NCBI GenBank assembly: GCA_964016885.1
Contig: OZ024744.1
Span: 61,070,001-61,134,000, forward strand
Direction: 5' to 3'
Origin: Eledone cirrhosa
Taxonomy: Eukaryota
DNA: 64,000 bases
This document shows positions 41,074 through 54,913 of the stretch, one piece after another; the stretch's first letter is position 1, and each line of letters opens with the position of its first letter. Under the pieces are notes generated by a model. The model did not search any database. It was given only the letters and a program-made list of their open reading frames with translations, and was not told the DNA's origin. Made by a program: the position numbers and the translations under genes.

Positions 41074-42415
41074 TATATATATATATATATAATAATCATC
41101 ATCATCATTTAATGCCCATTTTTCCACGCTAGTATGCGTTAGACAAGTTGCCCTATTGTGAGATAGGTGACCGTGTCTTGCTCAATTAGAACTGTTTCTG
41201 GCTAGATTTCAACAGCTGGATGCCCTTACAAACACCAACCACATTTACAGTGTGTGCTGGGTGCTTTTTGTCATGACACCTACACAACCATTTTACAGTA
41301 TAAGCTAGATGCTTTTTGTTGTGTCACCAACTTAAATATATATATGTGTGTGTGAAGTTTTTGTACTTTTTGTCAATTTTGCAATACTATCTGTGAGGCC
41401 CATGGCTCCTTCTCCTCCTCTTTTGTTATATTGCTCACTATTTTACCCCCGACCACTTACCCCTCCTAATATGTAACACTATTGTCTCCTTTCATCTCAG
41501 GACCATCACTCTATTCAGATATGGCTACTACTACCAATTAACTTTTCCCTATCTCTACATCACTTAGTCAGCGTTCGTTTTTGTCTCCATAGATATAACT
41601 GACCCTCTTTGTACAACTCTGACATTGTAGAACTTAAATGTCATATACTTAATTATATATGTATTTTGTCCTCACTATGTAATTTCACATAAGCTCTGTT
41701 TCGTTTTTATCTTGTTAAATATCTCATGACAGTGTTTGACTGTTTTTGTTAGACACTGTGACCCCAAAAAGGCCTGAATACTGTTAGACGGGGTCGAAAA
41801 TGTGTGTATTCAAGTCTCAGTTTTTATACCTGTTGTAATTTTGTTTTATATATAATATATCATCATCATCATCATTATGGTTTAACGTCAGTTTTCCACA
41901 CTAGCATGTGTTAGACGGGTTGTCCCGTTTAGCGAAAGTTGGGTCAGGTGACTATGTTTTGCTCATACAGAACTGTTTCTGGCTTAGATTTTACGGCTGG
42001 ATGCCCTTCCTATTGCCAAACCACATTTACAGAGTGTGTTGAGTGTTTTTTTTATTGTGACTTCTACATGACCACTTTACAGTGTGGGCTGGGCACTTTT
42101 TGTCGTGATACCCTCACGACTACTTTACAGTGTGAGCTGGATGCTTTTTGTTGTGACACCTACATAACTTTACAGTGTAACGGTGGTGTGAACAGAAGTG
42201 GGTGAGTGGGTGTAGGGGCATGGGAGGTGTATGGAAAGGGAGTATAGTGGTTAAGAGATGCCTTCTAGATGTATGTTTCAGTCTGTGCACATGGGACGGT
42301 AAGTCTTCTGTATTACTACTTAACGCCAAAGATCTCGATCCTCCTGTCATTGTCATTGAGGAGTGTGATTGTGCAAGGCCAGCTTTTATCATCTCAAACA
42401 AATATATATATATTT

Positions 42416-43801
42416 ATAATGTAGGAGGTGAGTTTTATTGTAGTACAATAAAGCAATGCAGATATCGGATAAGAAGCACTCTACAGTTTGTGGGACTGGA
42501 GTATGCATAATATAAGATCAAAAGATGGTTAAAGGAGTTCCATATATTTTATTATGCGCATTTCAAAAACAAACATCATCAAGCAATGATATTTGTGTTT
42601 TCATCAGATAAACAGGAGAACATGATATGAAGGCTAAAAAACACTTGTTGATAGTGCAGTTTTAAATCAACATATGAAAAGTGGTTTTAGATTGATGTGT
42701 GATATTGGGAAAAATATTTTATTTAGAGAGGGGGGGGAGGCTGAAAAGGGAAGGAGATGAGAGGGAGAGATGGTGGGTGATAGAGAGAAAGAGATAGTTT
42801 TTATAACTGAGAGGAGATATATTTTTTACATAGAGGGGTTGAAAACCGTTGGAAGATACTGTATAAATTAAAAATTTTGAAAATTAACGAAGGGAGGATA
42901 TGTGCGAGGAAAAAATATTTTATTTAGGGAGGGGGGGGGGTGGAAAGGATGACAAAAAGGGGGGAGGAGATGAGAGTGAAGGTGGAGAGGGAGAGATGGG
43001 TGATAGAGAGAAATATAATAATATACAAACTTTAACTTCACATTATTTTTCTCAAATCCTTCTACACACAAACCATAACAATTTTTCTCTTCGCTAATTT
43101 TGAAATTGCCACAATACATACATTTCTTCTTTTGACGTTAGAATATTCACCCACAATTATTATTTTTTTCTCTCTATCTTCATACATAATTTCCCTTCGT
43201 TAATTTTCAAATTCCTTTAATTTATACATTATCTTCCAACGGTTCCCAACCTCTCTATATTAAAACAATATATCTTTTTCTCAGTTATAAAAACTATCTC
43301 TTTCTCTCTATCACCCATCTCTCCCTCTCCACCTTCACTCTCATCTCCTCCCCCCTTTTTTTCATCCTTTCCCCCCCTCCCTAAATAAAATATTTTTTCC
43401 TCGCACATATCCTCCCTTCGTTAATTTTCAAAATTTTTAATTTATACAGTATCTTCCAACGGTTTTCAACCCCTCTATGTAAAAAATATATCTCCTCTCA
43501 GTTATAAAAACTATCTCTTACTCTCTATCACCCATCTCTCCCTCTCATCTCCTTCCCTTTTCATCCTCCCCCCCCCTCTCTAAATAAAATATTTTTCCCA
43601 ATATCACACATCAATCTAAAATTACTTCCCATATGTTGATTTAAAACTGCACTATCAACAAGTGTTTTTTTAGCCTTCATATCATGTTCTCCTGTTTTAT
43701 CTGATGAAAACACAAATATTATTGCTTGATGATGTTTGTTTTTGAAATGCGCATAATAAAATATATGGAACTCCTTTACCCATCTTTTGATCTTATATTA
43801 T
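42416..43801. mobile_element. ORF-less fold-back element (~500-bp inverted arms) carrying a hammerhead motif; PLE pLTR-derived/retrozyme-like
   Basis: Arms 42507-43013 and 43301-43801 are near-perfect reverse complements. Internal ~220-bp tandem unit. Flanked by (TA)n. Hammerhead at 43695-43761 (+) and 42547-42612 (-). Confidence 0.85.
43695..43761 (+). ncRNA. Hammerhead ribozyme motif, sense to host intron 3
   Basis: TTTTAT-CTGATGA(43701)-aaa c acaaatattatt gctt gatgatgtttgt t ttt-GAAA(43744)-TGCGC-ATA-ATAAAA. 6-bp stem I, ~15-bp stem II, palindromic TGCGCA in domain III. Confidence 0.82.
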
Positions 43802-44289
43802 ATATTTATATATATATTTAAAATGAAGAGAACAAAGTTTATCAAATTAAATCCATTTTTTTTATATCTTCAATTGTTTCTATACTAGTAATAATTGTAC
43901 ATGCATATCTTAATAACAAGTGAATCATTAGCAATTATTTATACAAAACACAATACATATAACTCTCACATATCAGGGATTATTAAAAGGGATTGAACAT
44001 TCCACTAACAATTATAAGAAATAATATCCTTAATAATAAGGTGTACTGCTTTCTACTTCAACCTAAAAACACACTCTTTTACAACTTTGTACTTCTACCC
44101 TGCTTTGCTTGTGTTCTTCATGTGCTTGCTTATGTTCAACATTTGATGCTGCTTATATTCTTGAAATGTATATTTGGTTAAATTCAATCCATTTTGACAA
44201 TTCCTTATGATATGCAGGTGTTATATGTAATGCGCTTGGTGTAAATAATTGTTAATTAACTGTTCAGATATACTCTATATATATATGCT

Positions 44290-44610
44290 TCAGCTTCAGC
44301 CTATGCCTGTGGGAAGGTGGGTCTTCTGTATTACTGCCCTGTGTCATCGTCTTTGAGTGGTGCAATTCCTCTTATGCCCAGTTTTTCTCTAAGTGTGTTT
44401 ATGCTTTGCTGTTCATATAAATTACTATTACACATCCAATGGAGAATGCAAGCTTCATTTATTTCCAATCTACGGAAATATTCTGCACACAGCACCCAGG
44501 TTTCACTACCATGCAACATTGCTGTTTATATGCATGCATTACACAGTCTGCCTTACATTTTGAGGAAAAATCTTTTATAGTAGTAGCTCCATGAACTTCT
44601 TCCATCCCAT
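44290..44610 (-). mobile_element. Diverged RTE 3' fragment
   Basis: MLHGSETW...RRLE.NEAC.L.WMCN, homologous to 30632-31081. Confidence 0.7.
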
Positions 44611-46126
44611 ATCAATGGATGTATATATATTTATATATTATTTAAATTTAAAAGATATATGTAGAGAGAAAAAAGCATATATCATTTGAGAAACGCATAG
44701 TATTTTGTACAAATAATATTCAGGAAAATATACATACTTTAAGATGGTAAAAAGTCATTTTTTCCTTACAATGCTGTTCCATAGACCAAAGTATGAAGCA
44801 AATATATATGTATGTGTGTATGTGTGTATATACATACATATGCATACACACACGCACACAGACACACACAGACACACGCACACAGACACACACAGACACA
44901 TGCACACACACACACAGATATATAATAAATAACAATATATTTCTTAATACTTAATATAGCATTCAGTGTGTTTTAGGTTTGGCATCAACTGCTCTTGTTG
45001 ACTTAATCTTTTCAATCTCTAACATAATTCCAGGGAATAGACTCTGTTTAAAGAATGTATTCAAATGTCATTTCTGTCTGGAAAAGAGACTAAATTAATC
45101 TATCAGTTAGGAATTTGACATTTCTAACTCATCTGCAACTGGGATCACACAGCTGCCATATTTATTTTGATTCAATTAAAAACAAAACAAAAAGTCCCCA
45201 AAATCACAAACCTTTAAAAAAGGATTGTATGTTGTAATTGTACGTGGTTACTCCACTGATAATTTTTTTCTGACACAATTTTCAGAGTAAGTGGAACATT
45301 AAGATTTTGAATCTTTAACAAAATTATTGAAAAAAAAAATGTCCGCTTTTTCATGCACACATGGTTTGAATGTGTCATCACAGAACAAGTCAGTACTTAA
45401 TTGTAGCTACAAATCTCATAGATCGGCCAGGGGGTGTATATGAGTGTGTGGACATATGATACCAAAAACTGGTTGAGAGGATTCTTCAGTCAAGTCAAAG
45501 GTATGACAACCTCTCTAGTGCTGGTACCACTATAAAATGCACCCAGTACACTCTGTAAAGGGATCAGTGTTAGGACAGGCATCCAACTATAGAAACCATG
45601 CCAAAGCTGGAATGTATTCAGCAAGAACATACTAACTCCTGGTTTGTCTGGGAGGACAGTGGCACTGTTGGTTTGTGACAACCCAACCAACCAACCAACC
45701 AATGTCATCATCATAAAGAGGATGATGATGAAAGAGAATGTTACCAGAGTTTTTTGATAATGTTCACAGATAAAACATTAAAGCAGAAAGATAATATACA
45801 TGCATGTGTGTGTGTTTATGCGAACATGCATGTGTGCATGTGTGTGCGTGTAATATGTAATAGTTGTAGAATAGCATCGCTAAATTTCTTTGAGTCCATT
45901 ACCATGGCTGCAACCACTGTGTGTGCATGTGTGTATGTTTGTTTCAGTGTGTATGTGTAAGTGTGTGTATGTGTGTTGTATGTGTGTGTGTGACAAGACA
46001 AGACAAGACATTATATTTACCTTACATGTATGTTTCTAGAAGAATGAAAGGAAAAATATAAAGAGAAAAATCTTGCTTGGGCTCCAGTATTAATATATAG
46101 ATGGTTCTCGAGGAATTTAGTGTTAA

Positions 46127-46356
46127 CCCTTTACCATTTACATTACTCTATATTAACTATTATATTTCATGGTAAACACACTTTACCCCACATAATTATC
46201 TCATAATATCAAATCTATGAGATTTAATATTATTTACTTTGAGAATAATACCTTAACATCAGTATGAGCAGCTGGTTACAGTTGGTTTGAACAGAAAGAG
46301 GCGAGGAAGAGGTGAGAGAATTCTGGCCTGATATGGCTGGTTTAAATGCTAAAGAG
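46127..46356 (-). mobile_element. Reverse-oriented copy of the piggyBac-like MITE
   Basis: TTAA-CCCTTTACCATTTA...TAAATGCTAAAGAG-TTAA. Confidence 0.75.
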
Positions 46357-46442
46357 TTAAACATGAATTCCATTCAATCCTGTCATCAGGGAATTCATAA
46401 AATATACAAAATATGTAATGCCAGTAAAAACACATCCCTGTC

Positions 46443-46740
46443 ATCATCATCAGATTGAACTTGCTCGGCTTTCTACGACACGTTTCCTCCATCCATCTCT
46501 GCCTCTCATAGCGTTTGCCAGTTCTTCCGCAGTACATCCAGTATCGTCCTCAAGTTGCTTGACGTATGTCTTCTTGGGACGACCAGCATTTCTTGCTCCA
46601 TGAGATCGACTCCATAACAACACATCACCTGCTATTTCTTCCTTGCTGCGCCAACAGTGGCCAGCAAATCTGAGTCTCTGTCCACATATTGACCTGCTGA
46701 TAGGTGGTATATTGCCATAGAGATCCAAAACAATTCCACG
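46443..46740 (-). mobile_element. RTE LINE 3' fragment
   Basis: LYGNIPPIS...QRLRFAGHCWRS...GRPKKTYVKQL..DTG; (GAT)n tail. Confidence 0.8.
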
Positions 46741-48149
46741 ATATCTGAAAAATAAACAGCTGCTAGCTTTTAAAATGACAAGAGCATCAGTGTATTTTGT
46801 TGTCATTACATTATTATACATACATTTATATACATGCATACACACGCATATATATATGTATATATGTATGTATATGTATATATATATGATTGTATGTATA
46901 ATAATGTAATGACAACATAATATATATACATATACATATATATATGCACACACACACGCACACATACACACATGCACTCACCCACACACATGTATATGTA
47001 TATATATATAAACGAAAGATATAACTTTATATCATCACTCTTTATTTCATTATATATATTTTGGTGGATTGGCAGTATTGGTAGAGGGTCGGACGCCATG
47101 CTTTGCAACAAAGAGTTACATCCCTTTATGGTCTGAGTTCAAATCCCTCCAAGGTTAACTTTGCCTTTCATCCTTACGGGGTCGATAAAATAAAGTACCA
47201 GTAAGACACTGGCATAATTGCTGGCCTTGTGCCAAAAGTAGAAACAATTATATATATTTCGGGGATGCAAAAATTTACGTTTAACATAAATCAGAGCATA
47301 CCTTCTTATAAAAATAAGTCAGTTGATTACATATTAACTAAGTCTTTAACTCATTGTTTATATATATTATATTATGTTCATACACTATCCAAGGTTTCAA
47401 GGTCCAATTTTGACCATGTGCCCAGATTGTAAGAACAATCAAATTTGTAATCTAGTCATCAGGCACTTGGATGAGTTTGGAGATCCCATTAAAAATATAG
47501 TGTGTTAAACACTTTTTTAATGAAAACATAGTATAACAGAGGGAAATAACTCAAAGATGTAAAATTGAAATGTCTATGTTAGTGTTTGTGTGTTAAGGTG
47601 TCTGCATTATAGCAGCTGTTTGGTATTATGTGGTGGTATGTAATATAGAGATGTTTATATTTATTAAGGTATGGAGTTTGGTAGTATCAAAGATGTACCA
47701 TATTAAGTAAGTGTGGAAAAAAAAATTATAAAGAAACTATAGAAATATCAAGGTGGCTGAAGATCCATTCAATTCAAATTTGATCGCTCTTACAATCTGG
47801 GGAGATGTACAAAATTGGTCCTTGAAACCCTAGATGGTGCTTTTGTCCTTGTATGAACATAAGTAGATAATATAATATATCGGCTCTCATACCAGATTGA
47901 GCATTGTTTTCCTCTTACCTTTTTTTACATCCACGAATATTTTATCACACACAACACACACACAAACACACGCATGCATGCATACATATATAGTAGGTTA
48001 TTTAGTAATATTTTTATTCAAATATACAAGTTTATCATATTGATTAAAACTTGGAGTCTATTATTTGCAAAACGTATCATGTTCGATAAAAAATAAAAAT
48101 ATTTTAATGATCTATACATCATTAATTAAAATCTGTTTTTCTCTGCTGT

Positions 48150-50720
48150 CATGGGTTGGACAGGTTGTCAGAACAAATCAACCCTCAATCAGAGGACTAA
48201 GGGCCCCATCTCGCATATGTCGATTTAGTAGCCGACAACCCTACTATGTCAAGAGGAACTCAGGAGAGTCAACAGCTGTCCATTTCTGTTATTTCTGCTG
48301 AATAGCAGCCACCAACTGCTGGATACTGGCCAGCCCCAAAATTGAGCAGGTGATGTTTTGGTCACCTTTTCTAGACTCTTCCCAAAAACTGTGTGAGCAG
48401 CACTCTCCTAAATAGGACTGCTCAGACATACAATGTTCCACCAAAGTTTATTTCTGCTCAAAAATAATACAGCAATGTTAAGATAAGTTAAGTACCACTG
48501 AACATGCAGGTTCATGGCTATGTGGCTCTAGCATGTTAAGTCTGAGACACCACCAATCCCCCATCAACACTGGACCACTAAAGAGATATCTGCACATAAG
48601 ATCCCAATGAAATGTGCTGAATCAATACAACTGAGTACTAGTGACAAGCATAAACAAGAAGATTAGAAGAGCTGATTGAGGGATCGATTATTCCTGTTTA
48701 AGAGATAAATTAAAACTACGAGTAAGGGGAAAATTAAGATTGGGTGAGTCTAAGGTTCCTAAATGTATTGGCATTTCAAAATTAGACACTACTGAGGTTT
48801 GTGAAAACATAATACAGGCTTATGAAAGTGTTGAAATGGAGTTTGATAGAATATGAGAGTAAAGGATATATGGTTTAAGAGTGTAGTATATACAATTGGG
48901 GCTCACACATTAGGATTCAAGGAAAAGAAACATAAGTTTGATGAAAACATCCACGGAATTAGCATCCTTCTAGAAAAAATGTAAGAACTGCACCTCAAAA
49001 TACTTAAAGCAAGCCTAGTAGAGTTACTAGCAGCTAAAGCCTCTTTCAAGCAATTGAAAGCAACATTGCAATAAGAATTGAGAAAAAAGAAACATAAGTG
49101 CATATGATAAGAAAGACTCAAGGGCACTCTACATATAGCCTCATCAATCAGGTTTTGGGGCCTAATGGTGGTGCTTTGTACAAGGATGCTGATAGTATTA
49201 TGAAGCAATGACAGGAACATTTCACTGATTTGTTTCATAATTGTTTCTACTTTTTGGCACAAGGCCAGCAATTATCCCAGTATATTACTGGTACTTTATT
49301 TTATCGACCCCGTAAGGATGAAAGGCAAAGTTAACCTCGGTGGGATTTGAACTCAGATCGTAAAGGGAAAGCATATCTGACCCTCTACCGATACTGCCAA
49401 TTCACCGCCCATGATTTGTTTCATAATGATCAGAAATCAATTTAGAGGTGATCAATAGTCTAAACCAGACAGAAATAATTGTAGAGATGATGGATTTGCC
49501 TACCCTGACTGATGTCGAATCAACAATTATGGGAATAAATACCAGGAAGGCTCCTGTCTAGATGGGATACCATTTGAGCTTTTGAGATATAGAGGAGATG
49601 TTATTACTTCTTTGGTTCACTCTCTGATACTTAACATTTGGGAGGTAAGTGATATACCTCAAGACTGGATAGATGTAATCATAATATCCTTACACAAGGG
49701 CAAAGGATCTAAAGCAATTTGCAACGACCATGATGGTAATGTTCTTGTTAAGTTATTGCATAAAAGCTTATTTACCTGGATCTGACTTTTGGTTCTTCCA
49801 GAAAGTCAATGTGGGTTCAGATTGGGTCATGGCACCATAAACATAATATCTACTGCACGTCATACTTTTGGACTGACCATTAGCCTCACAAAAACCGTAG
49901 TAATGTTCACTCCTCCGGTTGCTCATATTGAGCCAAACATAACAGTTAACGGTACACAACTAAGTGTAGTAGAGATGTTTCCATATCTTGGAGGTATTAT
50001 CAGTAAGGATGGATCACTTGATGCAGAAATCAATCAGAGAATTCAAAATGACACTTCAATATTTGGAAAACTAAAGGAAAGAGTATAGGAAGATTGGGGT
50101 TTTCATCTGCTAACTAAAATAAGTGTGTACTGATCATGCATACTAACTGTATTATTGTATGGATTTGGGGTGTAGACCACCTACAGGAGCATATAAAATA
50201 GCTTGAAAGGTTTCATCAAAACTGTCCTAGATTTTAGGAATTAAGTGGACATCTGTGACACCTGATGTGGAAGTACTGATGAGAGCTGGTTGTGAAAGTT
50301 TTGAGAAGTTGATTGTCTACAGACAAATATATTGAAAAGATTATGTTGTCAGGATGGATGAAACCAGGTTACCCAAGAGATTGTTTTATAGAGAGCTTTC
50401 AGATAAAATGAGACCAAATCATAAACCAAAGAATTGATTCAAAGATGTGGTTAGAGAATATAGAAGATTCTGGATATGTATATTAGAAATTGGGAATCCT
50501 TAGCAAAGAACAAAATAGGTTGGTGTATCATAATTATAGATGGTTATAAGGAGCTTGAGGCAAAGTGTGTTGAACATGCAAATCTCAAAAGATCCTTGTG
50601 AAATTCCAGAAGATTTTAATCCAGAATTTAGATAGAATATGTGCAACTGAGTATTGCTTCCTAGAGTTGGTCTTGTTAATCACGAAAAAATCAAATATAG
50701 TAAGGGAGACACAGGTTGAC
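48150..50720 (+). mobile_element. Highly decayed RTE/BovB-like LINE
   Basis: IPQDWID.IIISLHKGKG, LPESQCGFR, FGLTISL.KT.VM, FPYLGG.IS. Interrupted by a SINE with a 16-bp TSD. Confidence 0.7.
49242..49411 (-). mobile_element. SINE family A copy with 16-bp TSD
   Basis: TGATTTGTTTCATAAT at 49226-49241 and 49412-49427. Confidence 0.88.
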
Positions 50721-52121
50721 TACAATGTTCTTTTGCTGCAGAGGTCAGATAACTATATTTGTTATGTTTGTTGAAAAATTTATCCTTCTCAAAGTGATCT
50801 GACCAGACGCTGTAATCGAAATGATCAGAGCCGCAATATTCATTTTCAATGTCATAATTATAGAAAACATGCAACTCAGGGGCTGGGCTTAAGAGCCACT
50901 TATGTACCCATAGTTGGATACTTATCAATGACTTTTGAAGAGATTGCAATAGTCTGAAAAGAAGTAGCAATCATCATCATAATATATATATATATATGTA
51001 TATATTTATGTATATGTGTATATATATATATATGTGTGTGTGTGTGTATAGAACTCCATAGATGAAAGACCAAGGAAAACAGTGCTCAATCTGTTGCAAG
51101 AGAGCTTAGATAGTATAAACAAAGTTTCATACATTTAATATGTTTCGGGGTCCAGTTATATGTAGTGGTGGCCATAACTGGACCCTGAAACCATTTTTTT
51201 ATACTTTATATATACCTATTTATAAATATTTACATATGTACATATATATATATGCACACAAACACACACATACATATCATCATCATCATCATCATCATTT
51301 TTTTTTTTACGTCCGCTTTTCCCTGCTTGCAAGGGTGGGACGGGAACTGATACTGGCTTGATTTCTACAGCTGGATGCCCTTCCTAACACCAACCTCATT
51401 TACAGTGAGTGCTGGGTGCTTTTTTGCCGTGGCACCTCCACGACCACTTTGCAGTGGAATGATAGGGACCCCAGTCCCTATCATCTCATTTCTACAGCTG
51501 AGGAAACTGGAGCAATGTGAAATAAAGTGTCTTGCTCAAGGAAACAACACATCACCCGGTCTGAGAATTGAACTCACAACCTTTCGATTGCAAGGCCAAT
51601 GCTCTAACCACTAAGCCATGTGCCTCCATAGACCAATGCTCTATTTATATATATTATATATAGTTGTTCATTGATGTCTCTAGTCTGGGATAGGGTTGCA
51701 AATACTTTGAGCACTCCTCTTCATATTCTTGCTCATTGTATTCTTCATGCTCTCTCTCTTATTTCATAATATATTCTACCATTTGTAACCAGGGCTCCTG
51801 AGAGAAAATTTTGCAAGGCATAACAAGACTGCTTTCATGTCCTTTTGGAGGTGGGAAATGGGTAGAGTGAGCTCTTCTTAAAATTCAAGAGTGCTGAGGT
51901 TTTACTTTTTATTAAAATTTTTTTTAAAAGTTTGGAGTCAAGTATTCCCAGGTCTTCACCATGATTTTCTGGGCCCAGGACACACCTAAGTTTTGGCTGA
52001 CCTCTCCCCTCTCCCACTTCTAGTTTCCTGACTAACTTCCACACACTGCTCAGCTACAATTTCGTTGATTGAATAGCTCACCACCATTCTTTATCATATA
52101 GTTTATTCTTTGTTTTTCTAG

Positions 52122-52372
52122 GTCTGTATACCCTGCTGGGCCAGCAGGTTCTATCTACACTACATCTACAGATATGATTAAATGGATAAAGTTTCACTTG
52201 GAACAAAATTCTTCTGGGAATTTGCTCAACATCCACCCAGAGCATCTAAAAGACACATACAGACCTGTTAGCCCTAAACCAAATTTAGAAGATGACCTAA
52301 CAAAACCTAATTACCCCATAGATGATGTAATTGTGTCATATAACATGGGCTGGATAAGTTCCATATACAGAG
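52122..52372 (+). CDS. Exon 4 of beta-lactamase-like gene
   Basis: Acceptor tgtttttctag. Encodes SVYPAGPAGSIYTTSTDMIKWIKFHL...YNMGWISSIYRG (PAGS..S...DM..W and Y.MGW motifs). Donor G|GTTTGT. Confidence 0.92.
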
Positions 52373-52479
52373 GTTTGTCATTATTATATTTTACTCTATT
52401 ATTATAATTGTTGTGAGGATTGACATTAAACAAGTAAACAGAAAAATAAAAGAGTAATGAAGTAACAATAAATTAATAA

Positions 52480-54050
52480 CAGCTGAACTTCATAATAAAA
52501 TAGAGACAATCCAGGGGTAATTAAAGAGTCCTAAAAATCTGAGACCAGCCCAATCACCAAGGGCACCATAGGCACATGGTCCTCTTCCCTCTATTCTCTC
52601 TAGCTTAAGGTACATGCTTAGAGTTAGTCCATTGACTTAGGCCATTCTCACTACATTCACCTACCTTTTAACAAATAACTGGGAAACAGCACTTCCCCAT
52701 TCCACTCTCACCTTCCTTTCCAAGTGGAACTTGAATAAGGTGATGAGGGTTTGGATGAAAAGAAATGTGTCTGTCTTCAATCCTTTCAATCTTGTCCACC
52801 ACACAACCTCTTTCTCCATAATCACAAGACAGAGGAAAACTGTTTACCCTTCCCAGCCAAAAGAAGGCAGCAGAGCAGTCTTCCGGATGGAATTGGCCAA
52901 TAGCCAGATACATCCTACATGTGACAACAGCTGTTTGACAAAACTCCAAAGTTAGCAATGCACGGACACTGGACAAGTGCATGCAGAACAGTTTCATTGT
53001 TCTGCACACAACTTGGACAGGCATATCTGTCAGCACTTCCATACCTGTAGAGTTTGTCTTGAACCTGTAGTACTCTCTAGTAGAACTGTCAGGCCAGGAA
53101 TTTCTGAAAATTATTTATAGTCTCCAAGCCAAATGTCCTCCAGGTTATATGTCAGCTCATTCTGTTCAACACCTAACATTTCCCCAACAACATCATTACT
53201 CTTGCCCACCATCAATCCTTTATAGAATGCTAATGTGAAATTTTCACTGACCACATTGCCCAACTGGTAGAGGGCTGTGAGCGCCTCATAAAATTCTAGA
53301 TACCAGATGCCAAAGGACTTTGTTTGACTCAAGACTGCAGTTCGGTCAAAGAGACAAACTGGAAAAACACACCTGACAAAGAGTGTCCATACCTATTTAC
53401 TATCGAGAAAGATTTGCAAATGCTGCAGCCTCAGCCAGCACATGTCTGTTGATAAACAGCAAAGATTGTTGGTAGCATATGGACTGCCTCATCAGTGCAA
53501 TGCATCTCTTTCACAAGAAATGAAATCATAAACACACCAGTCTGGTGAGATCAGAACTGAGAGAAGAGAGATAGTAATATACGATAGAGGTGATGTACAT
53601 GTTTGCCATCTCTGCCCAATCTTTTAGGGATAGTTTCCTCTTAGACCATTTCTAGGAGACTGGCTACCCTACGGTCCTGATTAAACTGCAGCCTGGGGGA
53701 CTAAACTGATCCATCTGTCCAGTACCCCATGAATCAGTCAGATACCATGGAGTTGCTTCTCAAAGTGTTGGGCTGCAAACCCACTGATTGGTCTAGGTTA
53801 ATCTTTGTTCCTATCAATGTTTTGTCCTCCTTTAGGAAGGTACCAATCAACTCAGTTTCCAAGATATTCAACACCATCATAGTGATATCGTCTTCTGCAG
53901 CTCTTCTGCATCTCAGTTCAAGTGAGATTCCCTTCACCAACTCCATCTTCTGAAGTAGGGGTTTGAGTGTCGGTGTATACAGAATGAAGGGGAGAATACA
54001 TCCTTGATAGACCAAGCATGGGATCAGAAATGATTCAGCTACAGTGGAAT
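52480..54050 (-). mobile_element. Decayed L1/Tx1-like LINE fragment
   Basis: QGCILPFILY...EDDITM...GTKINLDQSVGL RT-like remnants with many stops. Confidence 0.5.
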
Positions 54051-54179
54051 GTCAGCAACCAGGTTGCAAAATATGTGACAAAAACTTTAACATCATGAAA
54101 TATATGATAGATGTAAAGTAAATATAACAGTTTTTGTGTGTTGTTATTTGTTATCATTTTTAATTTATTTTATTTTCAG

Positions 54180-54913
54180 GTTACAACAGGATATGGCATT
54201 CTGGTCTAATTCCACCATATTCTTCAACACTCTGTCTCTTTCCTGATATGAATGCAGGAATTTTTGTTGCAATAAATGGACCACTTGGAAGTAATCATCA
54301 CTATGGATTAAAATCATTGATTTGGAAAGGTTCTGATATTCTTCTTGGTGAAAAGCCTTGGTTAAACACCAGCACAGCTTGTTCATACCCTAAACCTTGG
54401 TACATAATTCGTAAAGCAACTCCAATATTGCCTAAAAAGACAGTACCTCTTAATCGACCAGCTAAAGACTTTTTGGGTTTGTTTTGTCATAGAGGTTTTG
54501 GAAACATCACTGTTTTTCTCAATAAGACCAGTCAGAAACTCAATATAAAATTTGGCAGATATGGTAAATTAAGCCTGAGGCCAGTTGGCAAGAATGAATT
54601 CCTGGCAAAAACTTTTGGACCTCTTTGGTTCTTAACTGAATCTGATGATAATAATTCTACACTCACTGTAAGATTTTCAGAAAATAGTGCAGGAAAGATT
54701 GAGTCAATACTGTTTCCTGTAGGTAGCAATGTGATACCATTTGTAAAACACATGAAGGAACCAGTTTATGTGAATGTCACAATGAAGATGGCAACCTGTT
54801 CAGCAGTGAAGCAGAGAGTAGCACAAGAATTCTTGCTGTTTCTTACTGCTATACTCTGTTGCATCAGTTCACTTTTTCCTAGAGGTATTCAACCAGGTTT
54901 AGCAATAAGTTGA
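54180..54913 (+). CDS. Exon 5: HSG triad, DUF3471-like C-terminal domain, hydrophobic tail
   Basis: Acceptor tattttcag. Encodes GYNRIWHSGLIPPYSSTLCLFPDMNAGIFVAING, then FLGLFCHRGFGNITV (similar to the DUF3471 Y.G.Y.HPxYG.I.V pattern), and ends FLLFLTAILCCISSLF...; stop TGA at 54911-54913. Confidence 0.92.

Noticed and set aside
47757-47835. CTGAAGA...GAAAC possible hammerhead
   Set aside because: Stems I and II cannot be paired convincingly; at best a decayed pLTR.
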